From: an uncultured Ignavibacterium sp. | Lineage (GTDB): Bacteria; Bacteroidota; Ignavibacteria; Ignavibacteriales; Ignavibacteriaceae | Length of the DNA: 18,013 nt | Direction: 5' to 3' | Assembly: GCA_964568605.1 (NCBI GenBank) | Contig: CAZMRI010000011.1 | Location: 1-18,013, forward strand | In this document: positions 1 through 8,573 of the stretch, piece after piece | Position numbering within the stretch: position 1 is the stretch's first letter | Layout: each line of letters starts with the position of its first letter | Made by a program: the position numbers and the translations under genes | Notes under the pieces: model-generated | Seen by the model: only the letters and a program-made list of their open reading frames with translations | Databases searched by the model: none | What the model was told of the DNA's origin: nothing

Positions 1-250
1 GAAAAAAGAAGAAGGTGGTCGTCATACTCCATTCCATAATAAATATCGTCCTCAGTTCTATGTAAGGACACTTGATATAACCGGTGAGATCACTCTTCCG
101 GAAGGTACAGAAATGGTTATGCCTGGTGATAACGTTACAATCACTGTTGAACTTATCTATCCGGTTGCTATTAATGTGGGACTCCGTTTTGCTATCCGTG
201 AAGGCGGCAGAACAGTTGGTGCCGGTGTTGTTACAAAAATTATTCAATAA
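1..250 (+). CDS. tuf: Elongation factor Tu, C-terminal fragment (5' end lies outside the window; codon phase begins at nt 2)
   Basis: Reading from nt 2 gives [82 protein letters not shown], the conserved EF-Tu domain III end. TAA stop at 248-250. It sits directly upstream of rpsJ, the classical position. Confidence 0.95.
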   Translation, partial: KKEEGGRHTPFHNKYRPQFYVRTLDITGEITLPEGTEMVMPGDNVTITVELIYPVAINVGLRFAIREGGRTVGAGVVTKIIQ

Positions 251-268
251 TAAAGTGTAAATGAACTG

Positions 269-296
269 AAAGGGAGCTAAAACTCCCTTTTCGTTT
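269..296 (+). terminator. Intrinsic terminator/attenuator hairpin between tuf and rpsJ
   Basis: Perfect 8-bp stem AAAGGGAG (269-276) / CTCCCTTT (283-290) with 6-nt loop CTAAAA, followed by TCGTTT. It begins 19 nt after the tuf stop. Confidence 0.6.
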
Positions 297-323
297 GTAA
301 TATTAAATTAAGGAGTATGTTCC

Positions 324-632
324 GTGCCCGGACAAAAGATTAGAATAAAATTGAAATCGTACGATCATATTTTGATTGATAAGTCAACTGAGAAAATAAT
401 CAAAACAGTTAGAAGTACAGGTGCTGTTGTCTCAGGTCCAATACCTCTGCCGACCAGGAAAACTATCTACACTGTATTACGTTCACCTCACGTTGATAAG
501 AAGTCAAGAGAACAATTTGAAACAAGGGCACATAAAAGAATAATTGATATTCATAACTCTAATAACAAAACCGTCGACTCGTTAAGTAAACTGGATATAC
601 CGGCGGGTGTTGATATAGAGATCAAGCTTTAA
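324..632 (+). CDS. rpsJ: 30S ribosomal protein S10
   Basis: N-terminus [15 protein letters not shown] matches the S10 family. GTG start at 324 with AAGGAG at 310-315. First gene of the S10 operon order. Confidence 0.97.
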   Translation: MPGQKIRIKLKSYDHILIDKSTEKIIKTVRSTGAVVSGPIPLPTRKTIYTVLRSPHVDKKSREQFETRAHKRIIDIHNSNNKTVDSLSKLDIPAGVDIEIKL

Positions 633-649
633 GGAATATTGGAGTTGAA

Positions 650-1273
650 ATGTCTGGTATAATAGGAAAAAAAATTGGAATGACAAGTATATTTAATCCG
701 GATGGAGAGATTATACCTGTAACAGTAATTCAGGCTGGGCCCTGCAAAGTTGTATCTATAAGAACAAAAGAAAAAGATGGCTACGAAGCTCTTCAGTTGA
801 GTTTTGGAGAGAAAAGGGAAAAAAATATCAGCAAGCCAGTGCTTGGTCAGTTTAAGAAAAATAATCTTAAACCGGGCAGCATACTAAAAGAGTTTAGAAA
901 ATTTGATCTTTCCAATTATAATATTGGTGATGAGATAAAAGTTGATTTCTTTACCGAAGGCGAAGTAATAAAAGTACGCGGTATAAGTAAAGGAAAAGGT
1001 TTCCAGGGTGTTATGAGAAGACATGGCTTCGGTGGTGTCGGAGGTACAACGCACGGACAAAGTGATAGACTTAGGGCACCTGGTTCTATTGGTTCAAGTT
1101 CTTATCCTTCAAGAGTATTTAAAGGTATGAAAATGGCCGGTAGAATGGGAAATGATAATGTAACCATTTCTAATTTGAAAGTGGTTAAAGTTATTCAGGA
1201 ACAAAATTTAATTATGGTTAAGGGTTCAGTTCCAGGAGCCATAAATTCTATTGTTGAATTGATAAAGAAGTAA
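650..1273 (+). CDS. rplC: 50S ribosomal protein L3
   Basis: [16 protein letters not shown]-terminus and the [19 protein letters not shown] motif are typical of L3. GGAG lies upstream of the ATG. Confidence 0.97.
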   Translation: MSGIIGKKIGMTSIFNPDGEIIPVTVIQAGPCKVVSIRTKEKDGYEALQLSFGEKREKNISKPVLGQFKKNNLKPGSILKEFRKFDLSNYNIGDEIKVDFFTEGEVIKVRGISKGKGFQGVMRRHGFGGVGGTTHGQSDRLRAPGSIGSSSYPSRVFKGMKMAGRMGNDNVTISNLKVVKVIQEQNLIMVKGSVPGAINSIVELIKK

Positions 1274-1285
1274 TCGGTAAATAAA

Positions 1286-1933
1286 ATGACATTAGATGTA
1301 TTTAAAATAGATGGCAAAACAGCCAGCCAGAAAATAGAGTTAGCAGACAATATTTTCTCTATCGAACCAAACGACCACGCCATTTATCTCTCGGTTAAAG
1401 CTTACCTTGCTAATCAAAGACAGGGTACGCATAAAACTAAAGAGAGAAGCGAGGTAAGAGGCGGCGGAAAAAAACCATGGAAACAAAAAGGTCGTGGCGG
1501 TGCAAGAGCTGGTACTTCCAGATCGCCGTTATGGGTTGGCGGAGGTACGATTTTCGGACCAAGACCAAGAGATTACAGACAGGATCTGCCAAAGAAGGTT
1601 AAACGTCTTGCCAGGAAATCAGCATTTAGTTATAAAGCCAAAGATTCTCAATTGATTGTTGTTGAAGATTTTTCACTTGAATCACCAAAGACAAAAGATT
1701 TTATTACTATGCTTGAGTCGCTTAATATAGCGGGTAAAAAGGTTTTGCTTTTAACTACTAATTTTAATGAAAACATTTTTAAATCCGGAAGAAATATACC
1801 TAAAGTCAAAGTACTTGAAGCTAACAAAGCATCCACTTACGACATTCTTAATAACCAGGTACTTGTTATACAGATGGGTGCGGTTAAAGTTATTGAAGAT
1901 ACTTTCGGAACAAACGGAGAGGCGGTAAACTAA
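1286..1933 (+). CDS. rplD: 50S ribosomal protein L4
   Basis: RGGGKKPWKQKGRGGARAGTSRSPLWVGGGTIFGPRPRDY is the conserved L4 core. Position follows rplC. Confidence 0.97.
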   Translation: MTLDVFKIDGKTASQKIELADNIFSIEPNDHAIYLSVKAYLANQRQGTHKTKERSEVRGGGKKPWKQKGRGGARAGTSRSPLWVGGGTIFGPRPRDYRQDLPKKVKRLARKSAFSYKAKDSQLIVVEDFSLESPKTKDFITMLESLNIAGKKVLLLTTNFNENIFKSGRNIPKVKVLEANKASTYDILNNQVLVIQMGAVKVIEDTFGTNGEAVN

Positions 1934-1934
1934 T

Positions 1935-2231
1935 ATGCATCAGATTCTTATAAGACCTCTTATCACTGAAAAAATGACAAATTTGACTGCTGATCATGGT
2001 AATAAATACGGTTTCATTGTTAATACTAAAGCAAATAAAATTGAAATTAAAAAAGCAATTGAAAATAAATTTGATGTTAACGTGGTTACTGTAAGAACAT
2101 TAAATTATGATGGCAAAACAAAATCTCAGTTCAGAAAAAGCGGACGGTTTGTTGGTAAAACTGCCAAATATAAAAAAGCCGTTGTCACTCTGAAAAAAGG
2201 TGAAACAATAGAATTATTTGAGCAAGTTTAG
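1935..2231 (+). CDS. rplW: 50S ribosomal protein L23
   Basis: ILIRPLITEK start and KKAVVTLKKG end are typical of L23. Its ATG lies 1 nt after the rplD stop, suggesting translational coupling. Confidence 0.96.
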   Translation: MHQILIRPLITEKMTNLTADHGNKYGFIVNTKANKIEIKKAIENKFDVNVVTVRTLNYDGKTKSQFRKSGRFVGKTAKYKKAVVTLKKGETIELFEQV

Positions 2232-2252
2232 ATATTGTAATAGGATATTAAA

Positions 2253-3080
2253 ATGGCAATAAAAAAATTAAAACCTGTAACTCCCGGAACAAGATTCAGA
2301 TCTAATTCTTCATTTGAAGAAATTACTAAATCTACACCGGAAAAGTCACTTACTGTTGCTCTTAAAAAATCCGGCGGCAGAAATAATCATGGTAGAATTA
2401 CTACCCGGTTCAGAGGTGGCGGTCATAAAAGACGTTACAGAATTATAGATTTTAAAAGAGATAAGAATGGTGTTCCGGCTAAAGTATTCTCCATTGAATA
2501 TGATCCGAACAGGTCATGCCGCATTGCACTATTGCATTATTCTGATGGTGATAAAAGATATATTCTTGCGCCTGATGGATTAAAGGTTGGTGCTGAGGTT
2601 GTTGCAGGTTCAGGCAGCGATATTCAGATAGGTAATGCGCTTCCTTTAAAAGAAATGCCTCTTGGAAGTTTTGTACATAATGTTGAAATGAAACCAGGTA
2701 AAGGCGGACAACTTGCCAGAAGTGCCGGTGCGGCAATTCAGTTAATGGCAAAAGAGGGAAATTTCGCTCAGCTTAAAATGCCTTCTGGTGAAATAAGATT
2801 AGTAAGAATTGATTGTATGGCTACTTACGGATCAGTTGGAAACGCAGAGCAGGAAAACATAAGTCTTGGAAAAGCAGGTCGTACACGCTGGCTGGGAAGA
2901 AGACCTCATGTCAGAGGCGTTGTTATGAATCCGGTTGATCACCCGATGGGTGGTGGTGAAGGTAAAACTTCCGGCGGCGGACATCCTGTTTCGCCCTGGG
3001 GTCAGAAAGCGAAAGGTTTAAAAACCCGTAAACGGAAAAAAGAATCGAACAAATTCATTATTAAAAGACGTAAGAAGTAG
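2253..3080 (+). CDS. rplB: 50S ribosomal protein L2
   Basis: [30 protein letters not shown] and [17 protein letters not shown] are L2 signatures. Confidence 0.98.
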   Translation: MAIKKLKPVTPGTRFRSNSSFEEITKSTPEKSLTVALKKSGGRNNHGRITTRFRGGGHKRRYRIIDFKRDKNGVPAKVFSIEYDPNRSCRIALLHYSDGDKRYILAPDGLKVGAEVVAGSGSDIQIGNALPLKEMPLGSFVHNVEMKPGKGGQLARSAGAAIQLMAKEGNFAQLKMPSGEIRLVRIDCMATYGSVGNAEQENISLGKAGRTRWLGRRPHVRGVVMNPVDHPMGGGEGKTSGGGHPVSPWGQKAKGLKTRKRKKESNKFIIKRRKK

Positions 3081-3090
3081 AGAGTAACCT

Positions 3091-3378
3091 ATGCCAAGAT
3101 CAGTTAAAAAAGGACCATTTATTCATTACAAATTATCTGAAAAGATTCAGAAACTTAACGCAACTAATCAGAAAAAAATAATAAAAACCTGGTCAAGAGC
3201 TTCTACAATAATTCCGGATTTTGTGGGTCATACAATTGCTGTTCATAATGGTAAACAAATGATACCGATTTACATAACAGAAAATATGGTTGGACATAAA
3301 CTTGGTGAATTTGCACCTACAAGAATTTTCAGAGGTCATCCCGGAACAAAAGCCGAGAAGGCTTCAAAAGGTAAATAA
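3091..3378 (+). CDS. rpsS: 30S ribosomal protein S19
   Basis: [10 protein letters not shown]... and [33 protein letters not shown] are S19 signatures. Confidence 0.97.
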   Translation: MPRSVKKGPFIHYKLSEKIQKLNATNQKKIIKTWSRASTIIPDFVGHTIAVHNGKQMIPIYITENMVGHKLGEFAPTRIFRGHPGTKAEKASKGK

Positions 3379-3403
3379 TTTATAATTTATAATTTATAAT
3401 TGA
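3376..3403. repeat. Tandem heptamer (TAATTTA x3 plus TAATTGA) filling the rpsS-rplV junction
   Basis: Direct reading gives TAATTTA TAATTTA TAATTTA TAATTGA. The array starts at the rpsS TAA stop and ends 4 nt before the rplV ATG. Confidence 0.85.
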
Positions 3404-3407
3404 TACA

Positions 3408-3752
3408 ATGGAAGCAAGAGCTATAAATAGATATATTGGTTCATCTCCGCGAAAGATGCGACTTGTCATTGATTTGATTCGTGGTCTTTCAGTTGATAAA
3501 GCAATCGAAGTTTTACATTTTTCAACAAAGTCTGCATCAAAGGATGCTGAGAAAACACTTAGATCTGCAGTTGCAAATCTAATGAATGCAGGAGATGCAG
3601 GAAGAGTTGAACCTTCTGATCTGTTTGTAAAAGAGGCTTTTGTTGATCAGGGACCAACTATAAAAAGAATTTCACCTGCTCCTATGGGCAGAGCTTACAG
3701 GATTAGAAAAAGATCTTGTCATTTAACAATTACAGTAGCAAGTAAAGCGTAA
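3408..3752 (+). CDS. rplV: 50S ribosomal protein L22
   Basis: [26 protein letters not shown] and the end [22 protein letters not shown] are typical of L22. Confidence 0.96.
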   Translation: MEARAINRYIGSSPRKMRLVIDLIRGLSVDKAIEVLHFSTKSASKDAEKTLRSAVANLMNAGDAGRVEPSDLFVKEAFVDQGPTIKRISPAPMGRAYRIRKRSCHLTITVASKA

Positions 3753-3766
3753 TATCAGGAGGTATT

Positions 3767-4408
3767 TTGGGACAGAAAACGAATCCTATTGGTTTAAGAG
3801 TTGGAGTAATAAGAGGATGGGACTCTAATTGGTATGAAAATAAATCGTATGCTTCCAAGCTGAAAGAAGATGACAAGCTTCGCCAGTATGTTAGAAACAG
3901 ATTAAAGAAAGCTGGTATTTCCAGAATTGTTATTGACAGAACTTCAAAAAATATTATACTTACTATTTATACATCCAGACCTGGTGTTGTTATTGGAAAG
4001 AGTGGAAAAGAAATTACTCAACTTGAAGAAGAATTGAAAAAAATAACCGATAAAGATGTTAAGGTGCAGATATCAGAAATCAAAAGACCTGAATTAGATG
4101 CATACTTGGTAGCTGAAAATATAGCACAGCAGCTACAGGGAAGAATATCCTTCAGAAGAGCCATGAAAATGGCAATAACAGCTGCAATGAGAATGGGTGC
4201 TGAAGGCATCAGAATCATGTGTGCCGGAAGATTAGGCGGTGCTGAAATGGCCAGAACAGAACAGTATAAAGAGGGAAGGATTCCACTTCATACTATTCGT
4301 GCTGATATTGATTACGCTAATGGCCGGGCCGAAACAATTTACGGTTCAATTGGAATTAAAGTATGGATTTGCCGCGGCGAAATACTCGGCAAAAGAGTTA
4401 CTGATTAA
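3767..4408 (+). CDS. rpsC: 30S ribosomal protein S3
   Basis: [14 protein letters not shown]-terminus, KH-domain region and [12 protein letters not shown] motif. TTG start at 3767, with AGGAGG a few nt upstream. Confidence 0.97.
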   Translation: MGQKTNPIGLRVGVIRGWDSNWYENKSYASKLKEDDKLRQYVRNRLKKAGISRIVIDRTSKNIILTIYTSRPGVVIGKSGKEITQLEEELKKITDKDVKVQISEIKRPELDAYLVAENIAQQLQGRISFRRAMKMAITAAMRMGAEGIRIMCAGRLGGAEMARTEQYKEGRIPLHTIRADIDYANGRAETIYGSIGIKVWICRGEILGKRVTD

Positions 4409-4435
4409 AAGAAAAGTTTACAGGAGTTTTAGACT

Positions 4436-4852
4436 ATGTTAATGCCTAAAAGAGTTAAGTTCAGAAAATCGCAAAGAGGAAGACGGAAAGGCAAAGCCTA
4501 TAGAGGCAGTGCTGTTTCTTTTGGTGATTTTGGACTTAAAGCATTAGAACCGGCCTGGATTACCAGCAGGCAAATCGAAGCTTGCCGTGTTGCGCTTTCA
4601 AGAAAAATGAAAAGAGACGGTAAGGTATGGATAAGAATATTTCCTGATAAACCGGTATCTAAAAAACCTCTTGAAACCAGAATGGGTAAAGGTAAAGGTG
4701 CTCCGGAATTTTGGGTCGCAGTTGTAAAACCCGGAAGAGTTATGTTTGAAGTTTCCGGTGTTTCCAGAGAGATTGCAAGTGATGCTCTTAGGTTATGTTC
4801 ACATAAGCTTCCGATTAAAACAAAAGTTGTTTCAAGACCTGATTACGAATAA
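4436..4852 (+). CDS. rplP: 50S ribosomal protein L16
   Basis: [17 protein letters not shown]-terminus and [24 protein letters not shown] are typical of L16. AGGAG lies 9 nt upstream of the ATG. Confidence 0.97.
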   Translation: MLMPKRVKFRKSQRGRRKGKAYRGSAVSFGDFGLKALEPAWITSRQIEACRVALSRKMKRDGKVWIRIFPDKPVSKKPLETRMGKGKGAPEFWVAVVKPGRVMFEVSGVSREIASDALRLCSHKLPIKTKVVSRPDYE

Positions 4853-4869
4853 CGGACAAGGAACAGTAA

Positions 4870-5106
4870 ATGAAAAACTATGAAATAAAAGAAATGAATA
4901 ATGATGAGTTGATAAAGAGAATTGCCGAGGAAGAAAAAAACCTTGTTGATCTTCGATTTGCTCATCAGCTTAAACAGCTAACCAATACGGCTAAAATGAA
5001 AATGGTTAAAAAAGATATTGCCAAAATGAGAACGATTCTGAAACAGAGAGAATCCCAGCCGGAAAAAACTGCAGCTTCTGTTAATAAAGAAGGAGTTAAG
5101 TCGTAA
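4870..5106 (+). CDS. rpmC: 50S ribosomal protein L29 (with a short extra C-terminal tail)
   Basis: Operon position and the L29-like helical sequence [45 protein letters not shown]. The last ~18 aa ([18 protein letters not shown]) extend beyond the usual family length. Confidence 0.93.
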   Translation: MKNYEIKEMNNDELIKRIAEEEKNLVDLRFAHQLKQLTNTAKMKMVKKDIAKMRTILKQRESQPEKTAASVNKEGVKS

Positions 5107-5108
5107 AT

Positions 5109-5366
5109 ATGGAACAACGTACTTTAAGAAAAACCAGAATCGGAGTTGTAGTGAGCAACAAAATGGATAAGACTATTACCGTTGCAATTGAAAGAAAAGT
5201 TCCTCACCCTATTTACAGAAAGTATTTTAAGAAGACAACCAAACTAATGGTACATGATGAAAAGAGAGAATGCGGAATTGGTGATAAGGTTAAGATAATG
5301 GAAACTCGACCTCTTAGTAAAATGAAGAGATGGCGCTTAATTGAAATTGTTGAAAAAGCCAAGTAG
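5109..5366 (+). CDS. rpsQ: 30S ribosomal protein S17
   Basis: [30 protein letters not shown] and [14 protein letters not shown] are S17 signatures. Confidence 0.97.
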   Translation: MEQRTLRKTRIGVVVSNKMDKTITVAIERKVPHPIYRKYFKKTTKLMVHDEKRECGIGDKVKIMETRPLSKMKRWRLIEIVEKAK

Positions 5367-5388
5367 AGCAATAAGGAGAAATTGAAAA

Positions 5389-5757
5389 ATGATTCAAGAA
5401 GAAACCAACCTGGTGGTTGCTGATAATTCCGGCGCCAAAAAAGTACGGTGCATCCGGGTACTTGGCGGAAGCAACAGAAGATATGCCTCTGTTGGTGATA
5501 CTATTGTCGTATCTGTTAAATCGGCAATACCTAATGGTACAGTAAAAAAAGGTGAAGTATCGCGTGCAGTTATTGTAAGAACAAAAAAAGAAGTCAGGAG
5601 AAAAGATGGTTCATACATCAGATTTGATGAAAATGCTGCTGTCTTAATAAATCCTCAGAATGAACCCAGGGGTACACGTATTTTCGGACCTGTTGCCAGA
5701 GAATTAAGAGAAAAACAGTTTATGAAAATAGTTTCTTTAGCACCAGAAGTTATATAA
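5389..5757 (+). CDS. rplN: 50S ribosomal protein L14
   Basis: [18 protein letters not shown] and [12 protein letters not shown]...[15 protein letters not shown] are L14 signatures. First gene of the spc block. Confidence 0.98.
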   Translation: MIQEETNLVVADNSGAKKVRCIRVLGGSNRRYASVGDTIVVSVKSAIPNGTVKKGEVSRAVIVRTKKEVRRKDGSYIRFDENAAVLINPQNEPRGTRIFGPVARELREKQFMKIVSLAPEVI

Positions 5758-5770
5758 GGATTCAAGTTTA

Positions 5771-6097
5771 ATGAAGATCAGAAAAAATGATATGGTAATG
5801 GTTATATCCGGTAACTACGCAGGTAAAACCGGAAAAGTTCTTAAGGTTTTTCCTAAAGAATCAAAAATTATTATTGAAGGAATTAATATGCGTAAAAGGC
5901 ATACTAAACCGACTCAAAGAAGTCCTCAGGGAGGAATACTTGAAAAGGAAGCACCTATTAATGTATCGAATGTAATGATTCTTGATCCAAAATCTAATGA
6001 ACCCACAAGAATAGGTGCAAGAATAATATTAGACGATAAAACGGGTAAAAAGAAAATTGCACGTATCAGTATGATAAGCGGTGAAATGATCCCTTAG
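5771..6097 (+). CDS. rplX: 50S ribosomal protein L24
   Basis: KIRKNDMVMVISGNYAGKTGKVLKV (KOW motif) and operon position. Confidence 0.96.
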   Translation: MKIRKNDMVMVISGNYAGKTGKVLKVFPKESKIIIEGINMRKRHTKPTQRSPQGGILEKEAPINVSNVMILDPKSNEPTRIGARIILDDKTGKKKIARISMISGEMIP

Positions 6098-6128
6098 TTA
6101 TCAAATTCAGATAAGGTTTTAATTAAAA

Positions 6129-6791
6129 ATGGCAAAAGAGAAAACAAAAGTTAAAGAAAAAGATTCAGCGAAACCCAAAAAAGCTTCAAAGGAAGAAACC
6201 AAAGTTCCGGCTGAAAAAGAAATCAGAATTAAACCAAGGCTGCATGGCGTTTATAAGAACGAAGTAATTCCTGGTTTAATGAAAACATTCAGTTACAAGA
6301 ATGTAATGCAGGTTCCCAAACTTGAAAAAATTGTTGTAAACATGGGTGTAGGCGCTGCGGTTGCTGATTCTAAAGTACTGGATGAAGCAATTAAAGATCT
6401 TGAAACAATTACAGGACAAAAGGCCAGTGTCAGGAAATCTAAAAAAGCGATTTCAAACTTCAAGCTTCGTGAAGGAATGAACATCGGGGCAATGGTCACG
6501 CTGAGAAAAGAAAAAATGTACGAGTTCCTCGATCGTTTTATTAATGTTGCTCTTCCAAGAGTAAGAGACTTCAGAGGTCTTTCAGATAAATCTTTTGACG
6601 GAAGAGGTAACTATACTTTGGGAATTAAAGAACAGATCATTTTCCCGGAAATAAATGTTGATAAAGTAACTAAAGTTCTCGGAATGGATGTCACTTTCGT
6701 TACTACTGCACCAACAGACAATGAAGCCTATGAATTATTGAAGTCTTTTGGTTTCCCGTTCAGAAAAAAAGAAATTAAAACAGGAGAATAG
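6129..6791 (+). CDS. rplE: 50S ribosomal protein L5 with a ~34-aa Lys-rich N-terminal extension
   Basis: From residue ~36 ([42 protein letters not shown]) it aligns with the usual L5 N-terminus. The preceding [35 protein letters not shown] is in frame with no stop and is the only ATG-initiated option. Confidence 0.9.
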   Translation: MAKEKTKVKEKDSAKPKKASKEETKVPAEKEIRIKPRLHGVYKNEVIPGLMKTFSYKNVMQVPKLEKIVVNMGVGAAVADSKVLDEAIKDLETITGQKASVRKSKKAISNFKLREGMNIGAMVTLRKEKMYEFLDRFINVALPRVRDFRGLSDKSFDGRGNYTLGIKEQIIFPEINVDKVTKVLGMDVTFVTTAPTDNEAYELLKSFGFPFRKKEIKTGE

Positions 6792-6799
6792 GAGATTTA

Positions 6800-7069
6800 A
6801 TGGCGCGGAAGAGTATTATAGCCAGAGATGAAAAAAGACGGAAGCTTGTTGTAAAGTATAAAAAAATTCGTGAAGAGATTAAAGAAAAAGGTGACTGGGA
6901 TGCTTTACAAAAACTTCCGAGAAATTCTTCACCTGTAAGGTTGAAAAACCGTTGTATGTTTACCGGAAGAGGAAGATCATTTTACAGAAAATTCGGTGTT
7001 TCAAGACTTGTGCTCAGAGAGATGGCACTTAGAGGTGAAATTCCCGGATTAAAGAAATCAAGTTGGTAA
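6800..7069 (+). CDS. rpsN: 30S ribosomal protein S14 (89-aa form lacking the CxxC zinc motif pairs)
   Basis: [17 protein letters not shown] start and [39 protein letters not shown] end are typical of S14. It has a single Cys only. Confidence 0.96.
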   Translation: MARKSIIARDEKRRKLVVKYKKIREEIKEKGDWDALQKLPRNSSPVRLKNRCMFTGRGRSFYRKFGVSRLVLREMALRGEIPGLKKSSW

Positions 7070-7082
7070 AAGGAGATATTAT

Positions 7083-7478
7083 ATGTCTGTAACAGATCCG
7101 ATAGCTGATTTTTTAACCAGAGTACGGAACGCTTCAAAAGCAAAAAAAGTAAGGGTTGAAATCCCGGCTTCAGGTTTGAAAAAAGAACTTGCTGAAATCT
7201 TGAAGAAAGAAAATTTTATTCATGATTTTGCAGTTGTTGAAGATAGTAAACAGAATGTTTTAAGATTACACTTAAAATACAGTCAGGGTAATCCTGCAAT
7301 AAGCGGGTTAAGAAGAATCAGCAAACCTGGCTTAAGAATTTATAAAGGTAAGGATGAGCTGCCAAGAGTTCTAAATGGGTTGGGTACTGCAGTTATATCA
7401 ACCTCAAAGGGATTGCTTACGGATAAAGAAGCCCGTAAACAATCGGTTGGCGGCGAAATTATTTGTTACATCTGGTAA
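7083..7478 (+). CDS. rpsH: 30S ribosomal protein S8
   Basis: [17 protein letters not shown] start and GGEIICYIW end are S8 signatures. Confidence 0.97.
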   Translation: MSVTDPIADFLTRVRNASKAKKVRVEIPASGLKKELAEILKKENFIHDFAVVEDSKQNVLRLHLKYSQGNPAISGLRRISKPGLRIYKGKDELPRVLNGLGTAVISTSKGLLTDKEARKQSVGGEIICYIW

Positions 7479-7499
7479 TTTTATCGATGGAGTTATAAA

Positions 7500-8039
7500 G
7501 TGTCGAGAATTGGTAAAAAACAAATTGAAGTTCCTAAGGGCGTTACTATTACAAAAAATGGTAGCTCAATAAAAGTTAAAGGCCCAAAAGGTGAATTGGA
7601 AATTGATGTCCATCCGAATATTTCTGTTGGAATAGATGGAAACATCATCGAAGTAAAAAGAAATGATGATCAGAAAGAAAACAGATCATTGCATGGTTTA
7701 ACCCGTGCTCTTATCCAGAATATGATTACTGGTGTGACGGATACATACAGTAAAACATTAAATATAGTTGGAGTAGGATATAAAGCAGAATTAAAAGGCA
7801 CAAACCTTTTACTGAATATCGGCTATTCACACCCGATTTTCTTTTTGCCTCCAAAGGATGTAAATATTCAGGTTCCAACACCAACACAGATTGTAATTAA
7901 TGGAATTGATAAGCAGCTTGTTGGTCAGATTGCTGCAAAGATAAGATCAATCAGAGAACCTGAACCATATAAAGGTAAAGGAATAAAATATTCTGATGAA
8001 ATCATTGTACGTAAAGCTGGAAAAACAGCCGGTAAATAA
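7500..8039 (+). CDS. rplF: 50S ribosomal protein L6
   Basis: MSRIGKKQIEVPKGV N-terminus (GTG start at 7500) and PEPYKGKGIKY near the C-terminus. Confidence 0.97.
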   Translation: MSRIGKKQIEVPKGVTITKNGSSIKVKGPKGELEIDVHPNISVGIDGNIIEVKRNDDQKENRSLHGLTRALIQNMITGVTDTYSKTLNIVGVGYKAELKGTNLLLNIGYSHPIFFLPPKDVNIQVPTPTQIVINGIDKQLVGQIAAKIRSIREPEPYKGKGIKYSDEIIVRKAGKTAGK

Positions 8040-8063
8040 AATTAGTCGGAGATTGAATTAGAT

Positions 8064-8426
8064 ATGAGTAGAAAATTAAAACCTAGAGAAAGATCAAGAA
8101 CCAGGATCAGGAAAAAAGTTTTTGGTACTACCGAAAAACCACGCCTGACTGTTTATCGCAGCTTAGATCATGTCTATGCACAGGTTATTGATGACACGGC
8201 AGGTGTAACCGTTGCTTCGGCCTCATCTCTTTCAAAGGAGCTTTCGGATAGTATTAAAGAAGCAAAAGGAAAAATAGCTAAAAGTAAACTTGTTGGCAGT
8301 CTTCTGGCACAAAAAGCAAAAGAGAAAAATATTACTACGGTAATATTTGATAGGAACGGATACAAGTATCACGGTCGTATTCAAGCCATTGCTGAAGGTG
8401 CAAGAGAAGGAGGATTGAAGTTCTGA
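8064..8426 (+). CDS. rplR: 50S ribosomal protein L18
   Basis: RIRKKVFGTTEKPRLTVYRSLDHVYAQVIDD and DRNGYKYHGRIQAIAEGAREGGLKF are L18 signatures. Confidence 0.97.
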   Translation: MSRKLKPRERSRTRIRKKVFGTTEKPRLTVYRSLDHVYAQVIDDTAGVTVASASSLSKELSDSIKEAKGKIAKSKLVGSLLAQKAKEKNITTVIFDRNGYKYHGRIQAIAEGAREGGLKF

Positions 8427-8446
8427 TGTTATTTCCTGAAGGTTTT

Positions 8447-8517
8447 TGCCGGGTCGTCTAATGGCAGGACTACGCCCTTTGGAGGCGTCTGTAGAGGTTC
8501 GAGTCCTCTCCCGGCAG
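8447..8517 (+). tRNA. tRNA-Gln (anticodon UUG), 71 nt, CCA not encoded
   Basis: Hand-folded cloverleaf. Acceptor TGCCGGG (8447-8453) / CCCGGCA (8510-8516), which gives U1:A72. D arm GTCT-AATGGCA-GGAC (8456-8470). Anticodon arm ACGCC-CTTTGGA-GGCGT (8472-8488) with TTG at 8479-8481. 4-nt variable loop. T arm AGAGG-TTCGAGT-CCTCT (8493-8509). Discriminator G at 8517. U1:A72, G73 and the TCGTCTAATGG D region fit bacterial tRNA-Gln. Confidence 0.88.
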
Positions 8518-8573
8518 CTATATATTTTTGCCGGTAACTTAAATAGTAAATTAAAAGATTAGCGGAGTTGTAA

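Noticed and set aside
3376-3403. Whether the TAATTTA tandem repeat could be a CRISPR array or a mobile-element end.
   Set aside because: The units are 7 nt and directly abutting with no spacers. The total is 28 nt, it sits inside an operon junction, and there are no cas or transposase genes in the window.
4239-4442. + strand 67-aa ORF overlapping the rpsC 3' end and the rplP start.
   Set aside because: It is an alternate frame of S3. The S3 frame carries the conserved sequence and the ORF's translation has no family resemblance.
7375-7572. + strand 65-aa ORF spanning the rpsH end and the rplF start.
   Set aside because: It is an alternate frame across two conserved genes with no independent support.
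8447-8517. Whether the cloverleaf could be a tRNA-like fragment, a pseudogene, or the attachment site of an integrated element.
   Set aside because: All four stems pair fully with only one G-U pair, and the T-loop, D-loop and identity elements are intact, so a pseudogene is unlikely. No integrase or foreign DNA lies adjacent, since rpsE follows within 56 nt, so it is not currently an occupied att site. The short flanking repeat is reported separately as a low-confidence observation.
8523-8530. TATTTTTG just downstream of the tRNA matches the Bacteroidetes-type -7 promoter motif TAnnTTTG, which could mean an internal promoter for rpsE.
   Set aside because: An 8-mer of this composition is expected by chance in AT-rich spacers. 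I found no convincing -33 TTTG partner at the right spacing, and the sigma-factor specificity of this organism is unknown. Unsupported without transcription-start data.
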